The notes beneath the pieces are model-generated. The model saw only the letters and a program-made list of their open reading frames with translations. It did no database searches and was not told the DNA's origin. Shown one piece after another: positions 28,041 through 46,482 of a stretch of DNA of 64,000 nt. Both the position numbers and the translations under genes were made by a program. Within the stretch, counting starts at the first letter, position 1. Every line of letters begins with the position of its first letter. Origin of the DNA: Escherichia virus KFS-EC3; sequence record MZ065353.1, one strand, 5' to 3'.

Positions 28041-28055
28041 TTAAATCGTCAAAGA

Positions 28056-29621
28056 TTAGATACCTTTAACATATACACGGCGGAAGTAAGCGTTTTTACC
28101 AAGGCTATTCAGAATAGAAGGCATACCGCTCTGGATGCGAGAAGCCGGAGCCTGAGCAGCGGATTCTGCAAATGGGTTGATACCGATACCGTAACGAGTT
28201 TTGAATCCCATTACTGGTTGGAAGTTCTTCGGATCGGAACCACGCAGCGGAGTCAGAGCTACATATGGAGCATAGTAAATACCAGCATCCATTTCGTTCG
28301 GACCTTTATAACCTACAGTGAAATAATCCTGTTTAGCATACTGGTCGATATATACACGGTATTTACCACCCAGAACACCAGCAAATACTGACTTGGTAGT
28401 ATCAGTGTTAAAGCCGGTAGCCAGACCTTGTGCAGCATAAGAAATGCCAGTATCAACTGAAGCCAGAACGTTAACTACGTTACGGGAAGCGATAATGAAG
28501 TTACCTTCACCACGACCGGTCTGACGAGCAATTTCAACTGCTTCTTTGTCAATCTGGAACAACAGAGCTTTAAAGGATTCACCCGCCCAGCGAGCACCAC
28601 GAATATCAATCGGATCCTGGAAGTCAAATACACCAGCTTTAGAACCCGGAGTCAGGGTCATACCAGATTTACCAACCTGAGCTGAGTAGTTAATCCAATC
28701 AACAACTTCACGGTTGATTTCCAGCATGATTTCGGTAGCCAGAATACCAGACAGTTCAGCATCAGCATCCATACCGTGAACAGCGCGGAGGTCTTGTGCT
28801 AATTCGATAGAGTAAGCAGCTTTCAGCTGACGAGATTTAGCTTCGATAACTTGTTTATCGATACGGAAGCCCATTTCATTCCATGGGTTATCGGTAGAAC
28901 CGTTGAAACTTTCCTGAAGTTCAGCGATAGAAGTAGCCATACCTTCAGCGATTTCTACCAGTGCACCAGCTTCCATTTGTTTCTTAATTTCAGCATCTAA
29001 TTTAGCTGCATCAGTTGCGCCAGCATCGATTGTTACTACAGCAGAAGCCTGCAGATACACAGTACCAGTGTCCTGGAAGAAGTGAGTATAGATATCACCC
29101 ACAACGGTTTGTGTACTAGCAGCCAGAGCTGGGAATTTCTTAGCAGCACCCTGACCAGAGAACATTGCATCTGGACCATACATTGGGTGGAATGCTTCTT
29201 TAGCACCGGCAGCGATTGGGTCTTTACCATATACTGCGCGCAGTGCAAATACCTGACCAGTCGGGCTGTTCATCGGCTGAACACCACAAATATCGAAAGC
29301 AATCAGGTTAGGAATAGCACGACGTACCATACCCATAACAGCTGGGCCAATCTGAGTTACTGCGCCAGAAGTCTGACCAGCAGCGATGTTAGTAGCATTG
29401 TAACCGTGGTCACCGCCGATTTCAGCTTCTGTTAAGAAAGAACCAAATGCCTGAGCAATTTTTTCGTCTTTGTACTCTGGAGCTGTCTGGAAATCTTTTT
29501 CCTGGTTTTCAAAGATTTTAGCGATAATCGCTTGTTTGCTATTAGCAATTTCCGGTAAACCTTCACCTTCCAGTAATGGCTTCCATTTGTTCAAAAGTTC
29601 AGCTTTAGTTTTGATAGTCAT
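28056..29621 (-). CDS. 23: major capsid protein gp23
   Basis: 521 aa as T4 gp23. Confidence 0.9.
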   Translation of the reverse strand: MTIKTKAELLNKWKPLLEGEGLPEIANSKQAIIAKIFENQEKDFQTAPEYKDEKIAQAFGSFLTEAEIGGDHGYNATNIAAGQTSGAVTQIGPAVMGMVRRAIPNLIAFDICGVQPMNSPTGQVFALRAVYGKDPIAAGAKEAFHPMYGPDAMFSGQGAAKKFPALAASTQTVVGDIYTHFFQDTGTVYLQASAVVTIDAGATDAAKLDAEIKKQMEAGALVEIAEGMATSIAELQESFNGSTDNPWNEMGFRIDKQVIEAKSRQLKAAYSIELAQDLRAVHGMDADAELSGILATEIMLEINREVVDWINYSAQVGKSGMTLTPGSKAGVFDFQDPIDIRGARWAGESFKALLFQIDKEAVEIARQTGRGEGNFIIASRNVVNVLASVDTGISYAAQGLATGFNTDTTKSVFAGVLGGKYRVYIDQYAKQDYFTVGYKGPNEMDAGIYYAPYVALTPLRGSDPKNFQPVMGFKTRYGIGINPFAESAAQAPASRIQSGMPSILNSLGKNAYFRRVYVKGI

Positions 29622-29639
29622 TTGTGTTAACCTTTAAAA

Positions 29640-30449
29640 TTAGAAACGAGATGCGACTTTCGCATATACACTTACAATATCTTCTGCACCAGGTGCAGCT
29701 TTATCTTCTACAGCTTCAGTGACGAAATTCAGTCCGGCTGCTTCAGTATCAGGAGTATTTATACCCTCAGTAATAGTGCTTTCATCTTTATTAGACTTCT
29801 TCACCATTTCTACGATGGCACTCAATTTACTTGAGAATGCATCTGAATAATCCATACCTTCGACCAGAGCAGAGACTTTTTCTTTTTGAGACTCAGTCAG
29901 ATCTTTAGTACTTTCGCTCAATGCCACTTCACGCTGCACATAATTGATATATGCGTCGCGCATATTGAGTTCTTCGAACAGACGAGCTGATTCTTCTTTA
30001 TGTTCTTGCAGCTCTTCTTCCATTTCAGCTACAACATCAACTGATTCTTCTGGAACAACAACGTTGTGTTCAACAAAGAGCTCTTTTAATCCACCAAGCA
30101 TGGATTCAAACAGTTCGGCTTTGATGCCTTTATCAACTGCTAATTTATTTTCAGCGAGCCATTCTTTCGCAAGATGGTCGATGAATTTAGAAGCTTGCTC
30201 AGCGATTTTCTTCTCAGCTTTTTCTTCGGCTTCTTCTTTATTTTTTTCTACTTCTTCTTCTGCTTTTTCAGCAATTTTAGCGATATGAGATTCAGCTAAT
30301 TTAACGGCGTGCTGCTTGACGGTAGCTTCGAATACAGTGCCGAAAGTTTCTTTTGCTTCCGGAGAAATATTAACTGATTCGAAAATACTATCAAGAGCAA
30401 CGGAAGCATCAATTTTTTGCGCTTCAGCAATCAGTTGTTCTTTAAGCAT
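29640..30449 (-). CDS. 22: prohead core scaffold protein gp22
   Basis: 269 aa as T4 gp22; E/K-rich helical composition. Confidence 0.85.
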   Translation of the reverse strand: MLKEQLIAEAQKIDASVALDSIFESVNISPEAKETFGTVFEATVKQHAVKLAESHIAKIAEKAEEEVEKNKEEAEEKAEKKIAEQASKFIDHLAKEWLAENKLAVDKGIKAELFESMLGGLKELFVEHNVVVPEESVDVVAEMEEELQEHKEESARLFEELNMRDAYINYVQREVALSESTKDLTESQKEKVSALVEGMDYSDAFSSKLSAIVEMVKKSNKDESTITEGINTPDTEAAGLNFVTEAVEDKAAPGAEDIVSVYAKVASRF

Positions 30450-30479
30450 TTTGTAGTCCTGTTGTTTAGATAATAATAT

Positions 30480-31118
30480 TTATAACGCTTTTTTCATGGC
30501 CTCTGCGAGAGCCATATAGGCGTCATCGGCACTTGTATCGGCTTCCGCCGTCTGTGATTCGGTAATTTCCTTAGGAGTTACCCATGCATCTGGAGCACTT
30601 GGACCCCATACTGCATCAACACCTACAGTTAATTTGAATCCTTCGTTTACGATACGATAACCTTTATTTGTGTCAGTCAATGAACCTAATCCACGAGAAG
30701 AAACTCCTGGAATCCATCCGGCACGAATATTAGCTGCTAATTTATCTCCAGGACCATGGTCACCTTCAATAACACGAGCTCGTCCGTATACGTCATTTCC
30801 TTTCCACCACATATCTTCTATAATGATAGCGGCTTGCATCGGGTCAACATTAGCGCGTGGAGGATGATTTAATTCTCCGAGAGCTTGTTTAGTTAAAACT
30901 TGCTCATTGATATAGTCTTTTACCGCTTTTTCTAATATGCGTTTTGGATAAAGACGTTTATTTCTATTGACGACTTCCGCTTGCATGAATATTCCTTCGA
31001 TGTATAAACCGGGTTTTAAACCTAGGTCTTTTCCATCATGAGATTCAAGCATTGGCACGCCATCAATAATTTCGCCAGGTTGACCCCAAGTTTCAATTAG
31101 TAATTGGGGTTCATTCAT
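30480..31118 (-). CDS. 21: prohead core protease gp21
   Basis: 212 aa as T4 gp21. Confidence 0.85.
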   Translation of the reverse strand: MNEPQLLIETWGQPGEIIDGVPMLESHDGKDLGLKPGLYIEGIFMQAEVVNRNKRLYPKRILEKAVKDYINEQVLTKQALGELNHPPRANVDPMQAAIIIEDMWWKGNDVYGRARVIEGDHGPGDKLAANIRAGWIPGVSSRGLGSLTDTNKGYRIVNEGFKLTVGVDAVWGPSAPDAWVTPKEITESQTAEADTSADDAYMALAEAMKKAL

Positions 31119-31543
31119 TAGCTTAATCCTAATGCTTTACGGCGTTTAAGAGCTTTTTTACGCTTACGCTGAGCACGAGATTGACCTGCTGGATTGGCAA
31201 TCTTCGTTTTGGTAGCTTTGCGAGCAATTTGTCTACGTTTTGCTTTAGACAGCCCGGTGGTTTGAAATGCATTACGTTCACGCGTCTTGCGGTCTTTAGT
31301 ACGTGTAATTTCACCACGAGCAGAAACATGTTTAACGATGAATTCATTTAGCGGCATATCTTCATTAATAGAAGCTAATGCAATTGCTAAATCAGTTTCA
31401 TCATCAAGCATATTCTCGACAATTGTATTTATATCGTCTTTATTTAAAGCAGAAGACAATTCGTCAAAGCGACCCTGTGCTTCAGGAATAAGTGCTTCGA
31501 CATTCTCGAGAACTAATTCATGAGTTTCAGGGATCAGAAGCAT
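31118..31543 (-). CDS. 68: prohead core protein gp68
   Basis: 141 aa as T4 gp68. Confidence 0.7.
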   Translation of the reverse strand: MLLIPETHELVLENVEALIPEAQGRFDELSSALNKDDINTIVENMLDDETDLAIALASINEDMPLNEFIVKHVSARGEITRTKDRKTRERNAFQTTGLSKAKRRQIARKATKTKIANPAGQSRAQRKRKKALKRRKALGLS

Positions 31544-31784
31544 TATTCATCATCCTCGTCTTCGTCAGAGTCTTTGTCTTTTTTGTCGTCTTTATCATCG
31601 CTATCTTCGTCATCATCCTCGTCTTCGTCATCATCAGGTTCTTCACCTTCGATTAAGAAATTACGAGCGATAGCGATTTTTTCTTCTTTAATTAAATCAA
31701 TCGTTCTTGCAGCCATGGCTTCAGCAAATAATTTACGAGCGGCTACGAGGTCGTTTGATTTAATAGCTTCAATTAAACCTTCCA

Positions 31785-31785
<1 letters not shown>
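31543..31785 (-). CDS. 67: prohead core protein gp67
   Basis: 80 aa with D/E-rich C-terminal tail. Confidence 0.7.
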
Positions 31786-33437
<1,652 letters not shown>

Positions 33438-33442
33438 TCATT

Positions 33443-33934
33443 TTATTCCCAATAATCGAGAGCAAGAGTTACTTCAAAGGTTTGGATTTCATTGTTTGAA
33501 TCCCAATCTAATTGAAGTTCACCCACGTTAGTAGGCCACAGGCCTTTAATTTCGACTTCTTTTGTTACAGTTTTAGCATCACGAGCATATTGGCGAACAA
33601 TAGCGCTCTTTTTATACTCTGCTGGTTTTCCACCAGTAATTTCATTCCCCTGCCCAGCAGCAATGCTTTGCCAATCAACAAACTTCTGGCGAGCATCATG
33701 TGCCTCATCGTTCATTACTGTAACAGTCCAGTCATCGAATGTACGATCGCCTGCTACGTTAATTTTACGGTTCATAAATCCGACTGGAATTTTTTCTACA
33801 ATACCAGCTGGTAAAGCAGTGGCTTTACATTGAAACGTAAAATTTTGTCCAAGATAAGAAATTTCTACTTGGAATAAGTTAGGTCGAGCAAAATCACCAG
33901 ATTCAAACGCTCGTGTTACATCATCTACAAACAT
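33443..33934 (-). CDS. 19: tail tube protein gp19
   Basis: 163 aa as T4 gp19. Confidence 0.85.
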   Translation of the reverse strand: MFVDDVTRAFESGDFARPNLFQVEISYLGQNFTFQCKATALPAGIVEKIPVGFMNRKINVAGDRTFDDWTVTVMNDEAHDARQKFVDWQSIAAGQGNEITGGKPAEYKKSAIVRQYARDAKTVTKEVEIKGLWPTNVGELQLDWDSNNEIQTFEVTLALDYWE

Positions 33935-33948
33935 ATTAGCCTCTGTAG

Positions 33949-33956
33949 TATTTATA
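33949..33956 (-). promoter_or_regulatory. late promoter for gene 19
   Basis: TATTTATA on + strand 15 bp upstream of the gp19 start; a second copy lies at 34008-34015. Confidence 0.45.
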
Positions 33957-34016
33957 TCCCTATGTTTAACCTAGGGCATATAGAATTAAAGAATTAAGGA
34001 TATAGTGTATTTATAT

Positions 34017-34034
34017 GGCCTGCCGAAACAGGCC
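34017..34034 (-). terminator. terminator hairpin after gene 18
   Basis: GGCCTG-CCGAAA-CAGGCC. Confidence 0.5.
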
Positions 34035-34050
34035 TTTAGAATGCACCGTA

Positions 34051-36030
34051 TTAACCTGCAAGACCAGTTAACTCATCGAAATCTGCACCAGTAGCAGTTG
34101 CTACGAAGTTTAAGGTAATGTAGTTAATGCTTCTAGCCGGTTGAATGTAGAATGTTGCAACAAACTCATTTCTATCAATTACTGACGGAGTGTTATTTGT
34201 TGTATCGCAAACTACACGATATTCATAAATTCCACCGAGAGCTTTAATTCCCTGCAAGTACTGGGAAGTTTCTGTGCGGAACGATGAACGAGTAAACGCG
34301 TTGTTTAATTCGAACAAACGATATTTTGAACTACGTCCGATATTCGTTTTTAACATATTAAACAGACGACGAACGTTAATACGATCAAATGGAGAAGGAA
34401 CAGAAGTAGCTGTTTTATCACCATATAATACGTAACCATCACCACCTGTACCAGTTACTGGGTTGATAGCTTCTTGGTATAAACGGTCGCGCTGCGCCTG
34501 GCGAGTTTCAATAGCAAGTTTAATAACGTTAAGAATCTGGCCACGATTATAACCAGCCGGAGACATCCAAGTCTGAGAAACGTTATCAGTTCTTGCGCAT
34601 AAACCAGCAATATCAGCTGCTAATGGAACCCAACGATTCACATCATTATATTTGTCATACTGATACTTGTAGTTACCATCGATTGCTGCATAGGTTGAAC
34701 TGATATTAAAGTTGTTATCAGTGTATGAACCTGCTGCAGTTCTCCAATTGACTAAGTTATCAACAGCACGAGTTACAGGAATTCCAACTACAGTTTCGCG
34801 CGGCGGTGAGCACAATACTAAGCAATCTTGGCGAGCATCACCAATTGAAACGACATGTTTTTGGACAGTAGATGCTGTTTCTAAAGATTCGCCGGCGCAA
34901 GAACCCGCAATAAACAACTGAACGTCAACAGATTCACGGTCAGCAAAGAAGTCCCAAGCTTCCATCAAATCTCCTGCTGTTACTTCAGCATTTGACGATA
35001 ATCCACCAGACAGAGTTAAAATTCCAGAGAAGCCTTCTGGCCAGTTTTGTGCAGTTGCAAAAATATATTCTGAACCACCTTTTGCGAAAAAGTCATCAAT
35101 ATAGATGTTACTATCGTAAATATCTTTTTCACCACGCTTCGTTGAAAGAACAACGCTTTGAACAATAGCATCATTGCGACGAACTATAATAGCGTATTGT
35201 GAATCAGTTTGTGGTCCGTATCCAAACACTGCTTTGGCAGTAGATGCGCGTGTGCCGCCGCCTGGATAAATTGGAAGTAATGCAGAAGCACCTTTTGCGT
35301 AGTCAGCTTTAGATACGATTTCAATTTCGATTTTATCGCCCAACTCGCCTGGATAAAGAGCTACTACTCCTGGAATTCCATATTTTTCGAGATTTGCTTG
35401 AAAGTCAACAGCTGTCATGGCAGCTTCAGCATTTTCAATTTCAGCTAATAAAATACCAGAATCAGTAATAATTTTTCCAAGAGTTATTACTGCAGCTAAA
35501 CCAGAGGAAGACGAAGAAATTTCCGCGGTCCAGTTAGAACCTAATGTTGGATATTCACCGACTTCTTTCGCTTTAGCGATAATTTTTGCGGTAGGAATAT
35601 TAATTTTCTTAATTTTTCCATCAGCATCTACTTCGGTAACTTTACATTCTGTTTCAATGTCTTCTGAAACATACTTAACCGTGATTTTATCTCCAACCGC
35701 GTAGTTACTACCTGGGGTAGAAATAGTGTATTCAATATTACCGGCAATTGGAGATGAGTTTTTAGCGGTATCTCTATCGACAGCACGCACAACTCGCAAA
35801 TCATTTCCGTATTGTAAGAAATTCATTGCAGACATAAAATAGTCAGCAGTTTCAGCTGTAGGTTGACCAAAAGTATTAACTAAATCTACTTCATTTGTAA
35901 CCTGTTTAATTTGAAAAGCAGGACCCCACTGGAATTTACCGGCCAAAGCTGCTGTACCAGTAGAGTTATTAACCACGGTGCTTTGAACCGTAGTTTCTTT
36001 GAGCTCAATGCCCGGAGATAATAAAGTCAT
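34051..36030 (-). CDS. 18: tail sheath protein gp18
   Basis: 659 aa as T4 gp18. Confidence 0.9.
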   Translation of the reverse strand: MTLLSPGIELKETTVQSTVVNNSTGTAALAGKFQWGPAFQIKQVTNEVDLVNTFGQPTAETADYFMSAMNFLQYGNDLRVVRAVDRDTAKNSSPIAGNIEYTISTPGSNYAVGDKITVKYVSEDIETECKVTEVDADGKIKKINIPTAKIIAKAKEVGEYPTLGSNWTAEISSSSSGLAAVITLGKIITDSGILLAEIENAEAAMTAVDFQANLEKYGIPGVVALYPGELGDKIEIEIVSKADYAKGASALLPIYPGGGTRASTAKAVFGYGPQTDSQYAIIVRRNDAIVQSVVLSTKRGEKDIYDSNIYIDDFFAKGGSEYIFATAQNWPEGFSGILTLSGGLSSNAEVTAGDLMEAWDFFADRESVDVQLFIAGSCAGESLETASTVQKHVVSIGDARQDCLVLCSPPRETVVGIPVTRAVDNLVNWRTAAGSYTDNNFNISSTYAAIDGNYKYQYDKYNDVNRWVPLAADIAGLCARTDNVSQTWMSPAGYNRGQILNVIKLAIETRQAQRDRLYQEAINPVTGTGGDGYVLYGDKTATSVPSPFDRINVRRLFNMLKTNIGRSSKYRLFELNNAFTRSSFRTETSQYLQGIKALGGIYEYRVVCDTTNNTPSVIDRNEFVATFYIQPARSINYITLNFVATATGADFDELTGLAG

Positions 36031-36058
36031 TTTTAATCCTCTTTAATATGCTTTAATA

Positions 36059-39199
<3,141 letters not shown>

Positions 39200-39240
39200 G
39201 ATTTCTCCTAATCTGGGCTTTAATTAGTTTATAATATTTA

Positions 39241-40942
<1,702 letters not shown>

Positions 40943-40953
40943 TTAAAAATCCT

Positions 40954-40969
40954 TTGGGGCCTTGCGGCC
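40954..40969 (-). terminator. terminator hairpin after wac
   Basis: GGGGCC-TTGC-GGCCCC. Confidence 0.5.
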
Positions 40970-40974
40970 CCATG

Positions 40975-42438
40975 TTATGCTGGTGATAAAAAGGTAGAAA
41001 GTAATACCCATTCGCCGTCTTTACGAACGTAAGCTTGACCATCTTTTGGAGCTTCAGGAATATAACCTGCTTCTTGTAGAGCTTGAACATCACCTTGCAG
41101 AGAAGATATACTACCTTTGGCTGTATTCACTTCTTGTGTAACTGATGCAATGTTGGTTTCGTTAGCTTTTATTGAATTGGTTAATCCACGTTCTTCGACA
41201 GTTGAACCGTTTGGATTAGTTCCATTTACTAAAGTATTTAACGCTACAACTTGCCCTTTAATTCCTGTGCTGTTATTACCAATCTCTACTTGTAGGTTCT
41301 GAACATCGTTATTCAAACCTGAAACAGAAGTTTCAATTGTAGAAACTCGGTTTAAAAGAGACCCAGGAGGAGAAGGTTGTCCACCGCTAGAATCAGTTCC
41401 AACAATTTGGTTTAACCACGAAACATTCGCTCTTAAACCAGATGAAGTGTTTTCACCGACGATTCCATTTAGAGCTTCGATTGAAGTTGTATTATCTTTG
41501 ATTTGACCTTTAATACTCGAAGGAATATCATCTGAACCAATAGAAGTTTCAATAACGGTTAAACGCTGTTTAATACCTCCACTTTGATTTAGCTCTAAAT
41601 TAATAGATGCAATATTATCAGTGTTTGTATTAACACTCGTAATAATCGAATTATTTCCTGGATATCCTATTGAGGTCTTAATAGCACTAATGTCAGATTC
41701 AACTGCTGTCTGTTTAGTGTCAATTTCATTTAAGCGACTGTAAACAGTTTGTGAAAACGATGGTGGTTTTGGTCCAAGCTCTTCACGGAGATTACCAACT
41801 TCAATAGTCAAAGAACCTACATCAGATTCAATAAATTTTGTTTCTAATTCGCTTAAACGTATTCCTTGTGAAGTAATGACATCAGTATTATTAATAATGC
41901 GATGCTTCATTCCTGTGCTAGGATTTCCTACAACAGGAAGACCATTAATATCTTGGCCTGTATATTGTCCAAGTTCACGCTTTATCCACAGTAAATCATT
42001 TCTGATCGTTCTGTATACAGAGTTGGCCTCGGAGTTAAATGGACCAATATCAGCAAGAATGCTGTCAACCGTACTATTAGTCCCATTTAATATTTCTGTA
42101 TGTTCACTGGTTAGCGTTTTAAGGTCAGAAATATCCTTTTTATTGATACTTATTTGGGCCAAAGCTTCAATATCACCAGATACATCTAAGATGCCCTGAA
42201 TTGTTTTAATATCACTATTCGCGGATTCTAAAGATGTTTTGAGTATTCCGATGTTTTTATCGAGAACTTCAACATTTCTTAGTACAGAAACTGTAGGTCT
42301 ATTCATTGAGCCTTCACTTCCATACTGTGTGTCAGCTCCTAATATTTCTTCGCCGTTTTTAATCCAGGAAATGCGGCTCTGGCCCTTTGCAGGAGGGCCG
42401 TCAACGAATGGTAAGTCATTCAGTACAATATCTGTCAT
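40975..42438 (-). CDS. wac: fibritin (whisker) Wac
   Basis: 487 aa as T4 fibritin. Confidence 0.85.
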   Translation of the reverse strand: MTDIVLNDLPFVDGPPAKGQSRISWIKNGEEILGADTQYGSEGSMNRPTVSVLRNVEVLDKNIGILKTSLESANSDIKTIQGILDVSGDIEALAQISINKKDISDLKTLTSEHTEILNGTNSTVDSILADIGPFNSEANSVYRTIRNDLLWIKRELGQYTGQDINGLPVVGNPSTGMKHRIINNTDVITSQGIRLSELETKFIESDVGSLTIEVGNLREELGPKPPSFSQTVYSRLNEIDTKQTAVESDISAIKTSIGYPGNNSIITSVNTNTDNIASINLELNQSGGIKQRLTVIETSIGSDDIPSSIKGQIKDNTTSIEALNGIVGENTSSGLRANVSWLNQIVGTDSSGGQPSPPGSLLNRVSTIETSVSGLNNDVQNLQVEIGNNSTGIKGQVVALNTLVNGTNPNGSTVEERGLTNSIKANETNIASVTQEVNTAKGSISSLQGDVQALQEAGYIPEAPKDGQAYVRKDGEWVLLSTFLSPA

Positions 42439-44018
42439 TCTTTTACCTTAATTATGTAGTTTAAAGAAATGTTCCATGGACGTGTTTCATTTCCAATTAA
42501 TTCGGGACGATTTAATGTATATTTGGAATTTCGTTGTGATGCTGGGTCAATTTCATATCCGTCATTGGTGAAGTATGAACGGTTATCCCAGTCAAGTCCT
42601 TTACGTGTACCAACAAAATTTGATCTACGGGTATTACCGAATGCTCCAGAATCATCATGCTCACCAAATCCGCCAGCGTGTTTATGATAAGACATCTGCT
42701 GTTTTTGTACTTCGCCAACATATCCACCGGTACAACCTACACCTAATCTAGGCTTACCAAATTGGTCATTACCATTAACGTTTGGATTTGTTAAGTGAGA
42801 GCCACGACCAGAGCCACGAACAAAAAGACCACGCATATCAGGTAATCCAGGATTTGATGAGCTTCCGCCGTATCTTGTTCCAATTCTAGAAGCATATAAC
42901 GGACAATCTGATGCTGAAACAGTTCCACCATGACAGAAGCGCCAAGCATCACTAGGAAGACTATCTGCCGCCCACATCATAATAGCTCCGACAGGAATAG
43001 TTCTATCTATTTCATTCTGTGTTACAACACGCTTACCTTGAATATAACCACCAGTCATGTTAACTGTTCCGGTAATATTTGCTCCACCTGAAGCTATTGT
43101 AAGCGTATTATTAATGCGAAGTGTTCCATTAATCGTTTGACCACCTCTTTGGTGGATAACATCAGCATTCCAAGCTAGTGCTGATGAAGCATCACCTCCA
43201 CTCTGTGAGCCGGCGGTTGTAGTTAATTTAACTACGCCTCTCATTGACGTTGTAGAACCACGACCATTAAGAGTTGCGCCAGTAACTGCAACAGAAGCAT
43301 TATTCGAGTTAACTTCTGATTGTGTTCCTAATTTAATTACGCCTTTATATTCTTCAGTAGCAGTAGAATTCATTAACGTATAAGGAGAAATTGCATAACC
43401 TTCTCTTAATGTTCCTTGACGAACTTGAGCTACTGTCGCTAATTGAACAACACCTTGGTCCGATTCGGTAGCTGTGGTTTCAGAAGGAGCGATTTGCGCA
43501 ATTAATTTAATAGCTAACTGTTGTGTTTTTAATGGAGTCATCGCAGTAGTATCATCTGCGCCAGCTAATGCTTGTGGTAGAGATGAAATTTTAATAACTC
43601 CATTTGATGATTCAGTTGAAACTCGTGTTTCAAAGGCATTATTAAGGGCAACAGTAAATTTAGCGGGAGTTATAGAAGATTCATTATTAACTCCGGCAAT
43701 TGCTTCATCATTGGTTGAATATCTTGTTAATCCGTAAACAGTTTCAGTTGCGTTTGGATAAGATAATCTTGTTGCCAACGTTGCTGGTGTAACTGCTTTG
43801 GTATTATCAGTTCCGTCGATAACTTCCTGTTCAGTGGCAAGAAATAAAATTCCTTTTGTTGTTGATGATGCATCAGGAACTCCATTTACACCAGCAGGAG
43901 AAATGGCTGCTATAGCAGCCTGAACATCAGTAATCTCTGCCGGAAAATTTGTACCAGTTGGATCAAATTTTACATAGCGAGATTCATTAGAAACGTGTTG
44001 ATATGTATTATTACTCAT
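42435..44018 (-). CDS. 12: short tail fiber protein gp12
   Basis: 527 aa as T4 gp12. Confidence 0.85.
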   Translation of the reverse strand: MSNNTYQHVSNESRYVKFDPTGTNFPAEITDVQAAIAAISPAGVNGVPDASSTTKGILFLATEQEVIDGTDNTKAVTPATLATRLSYPNATETVYGLTRYSTNDEAIAGVNNESSITPAKFTVALNNAFETRVSTESSNGVIKISSLPQALAGADDTTAMTPLKTQQLAIKLIAQIAPSETTATESDQGVVQLATVAQVRQGTLREGYAISPYTLMNSTATEEYKGVIKLGTQSEVNSNNASVAVTGATLNGRGSTTSMRGVVKLTTTAGSQSGGDASSALAWNADVIHQRGGQTINGTLRINNTLTIASGGANITGTVNMTGGYIQGKRVVTQNEIDRTIPVGAIMMWAADSLPSDAWRFCHGGTVSASDCPLYASRIGTRYGGSSSNPGLPDMRGLFVRGSGRGSHLTNPNVNGNDQFGKPRLGVGCTGGYVGEVQKQQMSYHKHAGGFGEHDDSGAFGNTRRSNFVGTRKGLDWDNRSYFTNDGYEIDPASQRNSKYTLNRPELIGNETRPWNISLNYIIKVKE

Positions 44019-44674
44019 GCTGTTCTCTCAAAATGATAAAGTACTATTGGAGTTTGCTGATTATCTAAAGTTACAGTTTGTGCACCAAGCAAATTCCATG
44101 TGCCATATCCAGGCTTAGATTCTGAAATAATTTCTTGGGAAATAGTTATTCCATATGTAGAATATGTGCTTAATACGTGTTTTTGATTATCTAAATAAGT
44201 AACTTCTAATTTACTACCATCGGTTGGATGGTCTTTATATGAATTGATAGCAGTAAATGACGCAATAGCTTCTTGTAGCGCAACGCGAACTTTGGCAACA
44301 AACTCGATAGCTGTCATTCCGGTTGTTGCTGAAACCGGAAGACCAAATACTAATACAGTAACAGGAGAACCAGGAGGAAGCGAATCATCTGTCACAGTTC
44401 CTGAAAATGCCCAATAATCAGTTTGAGAAACACCCTCAGGAGAAACGCCGGTTTTATTAGTAATAATTGTACCAACGTCTTTTATAGAAAAATTATGAAC
44501 ATCATTAATAGCTGATTCTACGTTTGGTTCATAAAATCCTTTCGCTAATTGAGAAATTGTCACTGACCCAACTGATTGACGATTCATTACATCGATGTCG
44601 CCAGTTTTAGGTCTAAAACCAAGAAAATCGGCTAAGCGGGAAATAACTCCCGCTTTATTATTAAGTAAACTCAT
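44015..44674 (-). CDS. 11: baseplate wedge / short-fiber attachment protein gp11
   Basis: 219 aa from the internal ATG (MSLLNNK...) abutting the gp10 stop, matching T4 gp11; track ORF is 6 codons longer. Confidence 0.8.
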   Translation of the reverse strand: MSLLNNKAGVISRLADFLGFRPKTGDIDVMNRQSVGSVTISQLAKGFYEPNVESAINDVHNFSIKDVGTIITNKTGVSPEGVSQTDYWAFSGTVTDDSLPPGSPVTVLVFGLPVSATTGMTAIEFVAKVRVALQEAIASFTAINSYKDHPTDGSKLEVTYLDNQKHVLSTYSTYGITISQEIISESKPGYGTWNLLGAQTVTLDNQQTPIVLYHFERTA

Positions 44675-46482
44675 TATGCAATCCTTATCCAACGATAAAC
44701 TGTAATATATGGTTGAATGTTAGTTATTGATGTTGGCGGAGTGTGAGTAGAGTTAGTAGATGCTTTAGCTTCACGGTATTTCGTGTAAACTGGACCAGAT
44801 TCATCTGGATCGTATTGACATCCACCAACAATGACTGATCCATTTTCATCAACTATTAGAACTTCTTCATCTGTCTCAGTTGCAGGAAGATTAGCATTTT
44901 CCAATGTAACAGAAGTAGAACCACCTGTTCCGCCTGCAGTATGTGAAGGATTTCCACCCGAATCTAAATCGTTGTTATTTAGAGCAAAGTTAGGGTCCGA
45001 AATATCTTCATTCCATCCAACTAAAACTTTTCCTTGCCCAAATAATTTCCATGAGCCGAATCCCATATATGTAACAGGGTTATTTGGATTAACAGCGTTT
45101 TCATATATAGTTCCAATAGGATAAATCGTATCAAAGATATTTGAAACAGCATTAAATTCACGTTGATAGGATTGAACTGCTTCTACATTTGGCCAACCAA
45201 TTTTATCGAAGTCTGTTAAATTTACATCACCGGAAATATCTACTCCTGGTCCTTGCGATACATAGAGATTATCAGTTTCATCAATAATCTCATCTTTTGT
45301 TAATAATGTACCTAAATCATTATTAAACCAGGTGATATTAATAATGTCGCCATGCTCAAATACTCTATCGAAGTGCAATGTTTCTGGTATGCCGTTTTCA
45401 TCAGTTTCAACTGAATAGTCAGTATGAGACTGTTCCCAAGTTCCACCTAAAACAGAGCATTCTACTTCATCGTCTGAATCGGCACCAACACAATGAAATA
45501 ATGGCATTCCAACTGTTCCAGCCAATTCTTGTAAAATTCCATTAAAACGGACCTCGAGAGAATTAGGATTAATAGGTTCACCTGGAATTAATCCAAAAGC
45601 TGAAAACGGAATTGATTTCATTGTTGATAAATCAGTAACGTAAATGCTTCCTTCTAAAGAAGTCTTTGACGTTAATTTTGAATCTAACAATCTAATTTGA
45701 CGTCTTGTATATGAACTTCTCCACTGTGATACGCCATCCATAAATGTTTCAATTTGAACAGTATCGCCAATATTACAAGGCTGTCTTAATCGAATATTAA
45801 ATCCATCAAGAGGAACTAATTCGCCTTCATTTTCGCCCGGAGAGCCAAAATCGCTGTTTTCACTAAATACATCGCCGTAATACAATTCGTTACCACGATG
45901 TTTTACTCTGATGTTATTTACATTATAACTAGTTCCACGGAAAACATCTAAAAAGTCTGTCTGTCCTTGGACTTCAACTAAAAATTCTTTACGAGCTACA
46001 TTACTAATGTCTGAACTGGTAATTTTGTCAATTTGCTTATTTTTGACATATTCCCAACGTCCTGGGGCGCAATACACTAATTCCAAATCGCTGAATTGAA
46101 CATTAATTTCAACTGGTACTGCAGACCCTTTAATCGTATCGCCGGAAGCAGCTACTAATGTAACTGGGTTGACGTTCCATGTAGCAAATACGTCTCTAGC
46201 TCTAATTACCTTGTTGTAATCATTGACAGTTCCTTTTGGAAGATTTATAGTTACTCTTCCAGAAGAGGTATTAATAGCGTATGATTTTCCCCACTCAGCT
46301 TTTAGTGTTTGGCCAGATGAAGCATCATAAGTTTTCCAGGCACCGGCTGAATATGGAACATCTCCATCACCAAGCTCATAATAAAGCTCATCAAAGTTTT
46401 CATTTATTTTTATACCACCTTTACGCAGGTAGTCACCGGTACCATCATCAACAACATTACCGATATTAATATTTTGTTTCAT
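44674..46482 (-). CDS. 10: baseplate wedge protein gp10
   Basis: 602 aa as T4 gp10. Confidence 0.85.
   Translation of the reverse strand: MKQNINIGNVVDDGTGDYLRKGGIKINENFDELYYELGDGDVPYSAGAWKTYDASSGQTLKAEWGKSYAINTSSGRVTINLPKGTVNDYNKVIRARDVFATWNVNPVTLVAASGDTIKGSAVPVEINVQFSDLELVYCAPGRWEYVKNKQIDKITSSDISNVARKEFLVEVQGQTDFLDVFRGTSYNVNNIRVKHRGNELYYGDVFSENSDFGSPGENEGELVPLDGFNIRLRQPCNIGDTVQIETFMDGVSQWRSSYTRRQIRLLDSKLTSKTSLEGSIYVTDLSTMKSIPFSAFGLIPGEPINPNSLEVRFNGILQELAGTVGMPLFHCVGADSDDEVECSVLGGTWEQSHTDYSVETDENGIPETLHFDRVFEHGDIINITWFNNDLGTLLTKDEIIDETDNLYVSQGPGVDISGDVNLTDFDKIGWPNVEAVQSYQREFNAVSNIFDTIYPIGTIYENAVNPNNPVTYMGFGSWKLFGQGKVLVGWNEDISDPNFALNNNDLDSGGNPSHTAGGTGGSTSVTLENANLPATETDEEVLIVDENGSVIVGGCQYDPDESGPVYTKYREAKASTNSTHTPPTSITNIQPYITVYRWIRIA

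Noticed and set aside
36040-36058. TGCTTTA MotA-box-like motif on the + strand near the gene 17/18 junction
   Set aside because: No + strand gene lies downstream; the neighbouring TATTTATA is the minus-strand late promoter for gene 18. Treated as chance.
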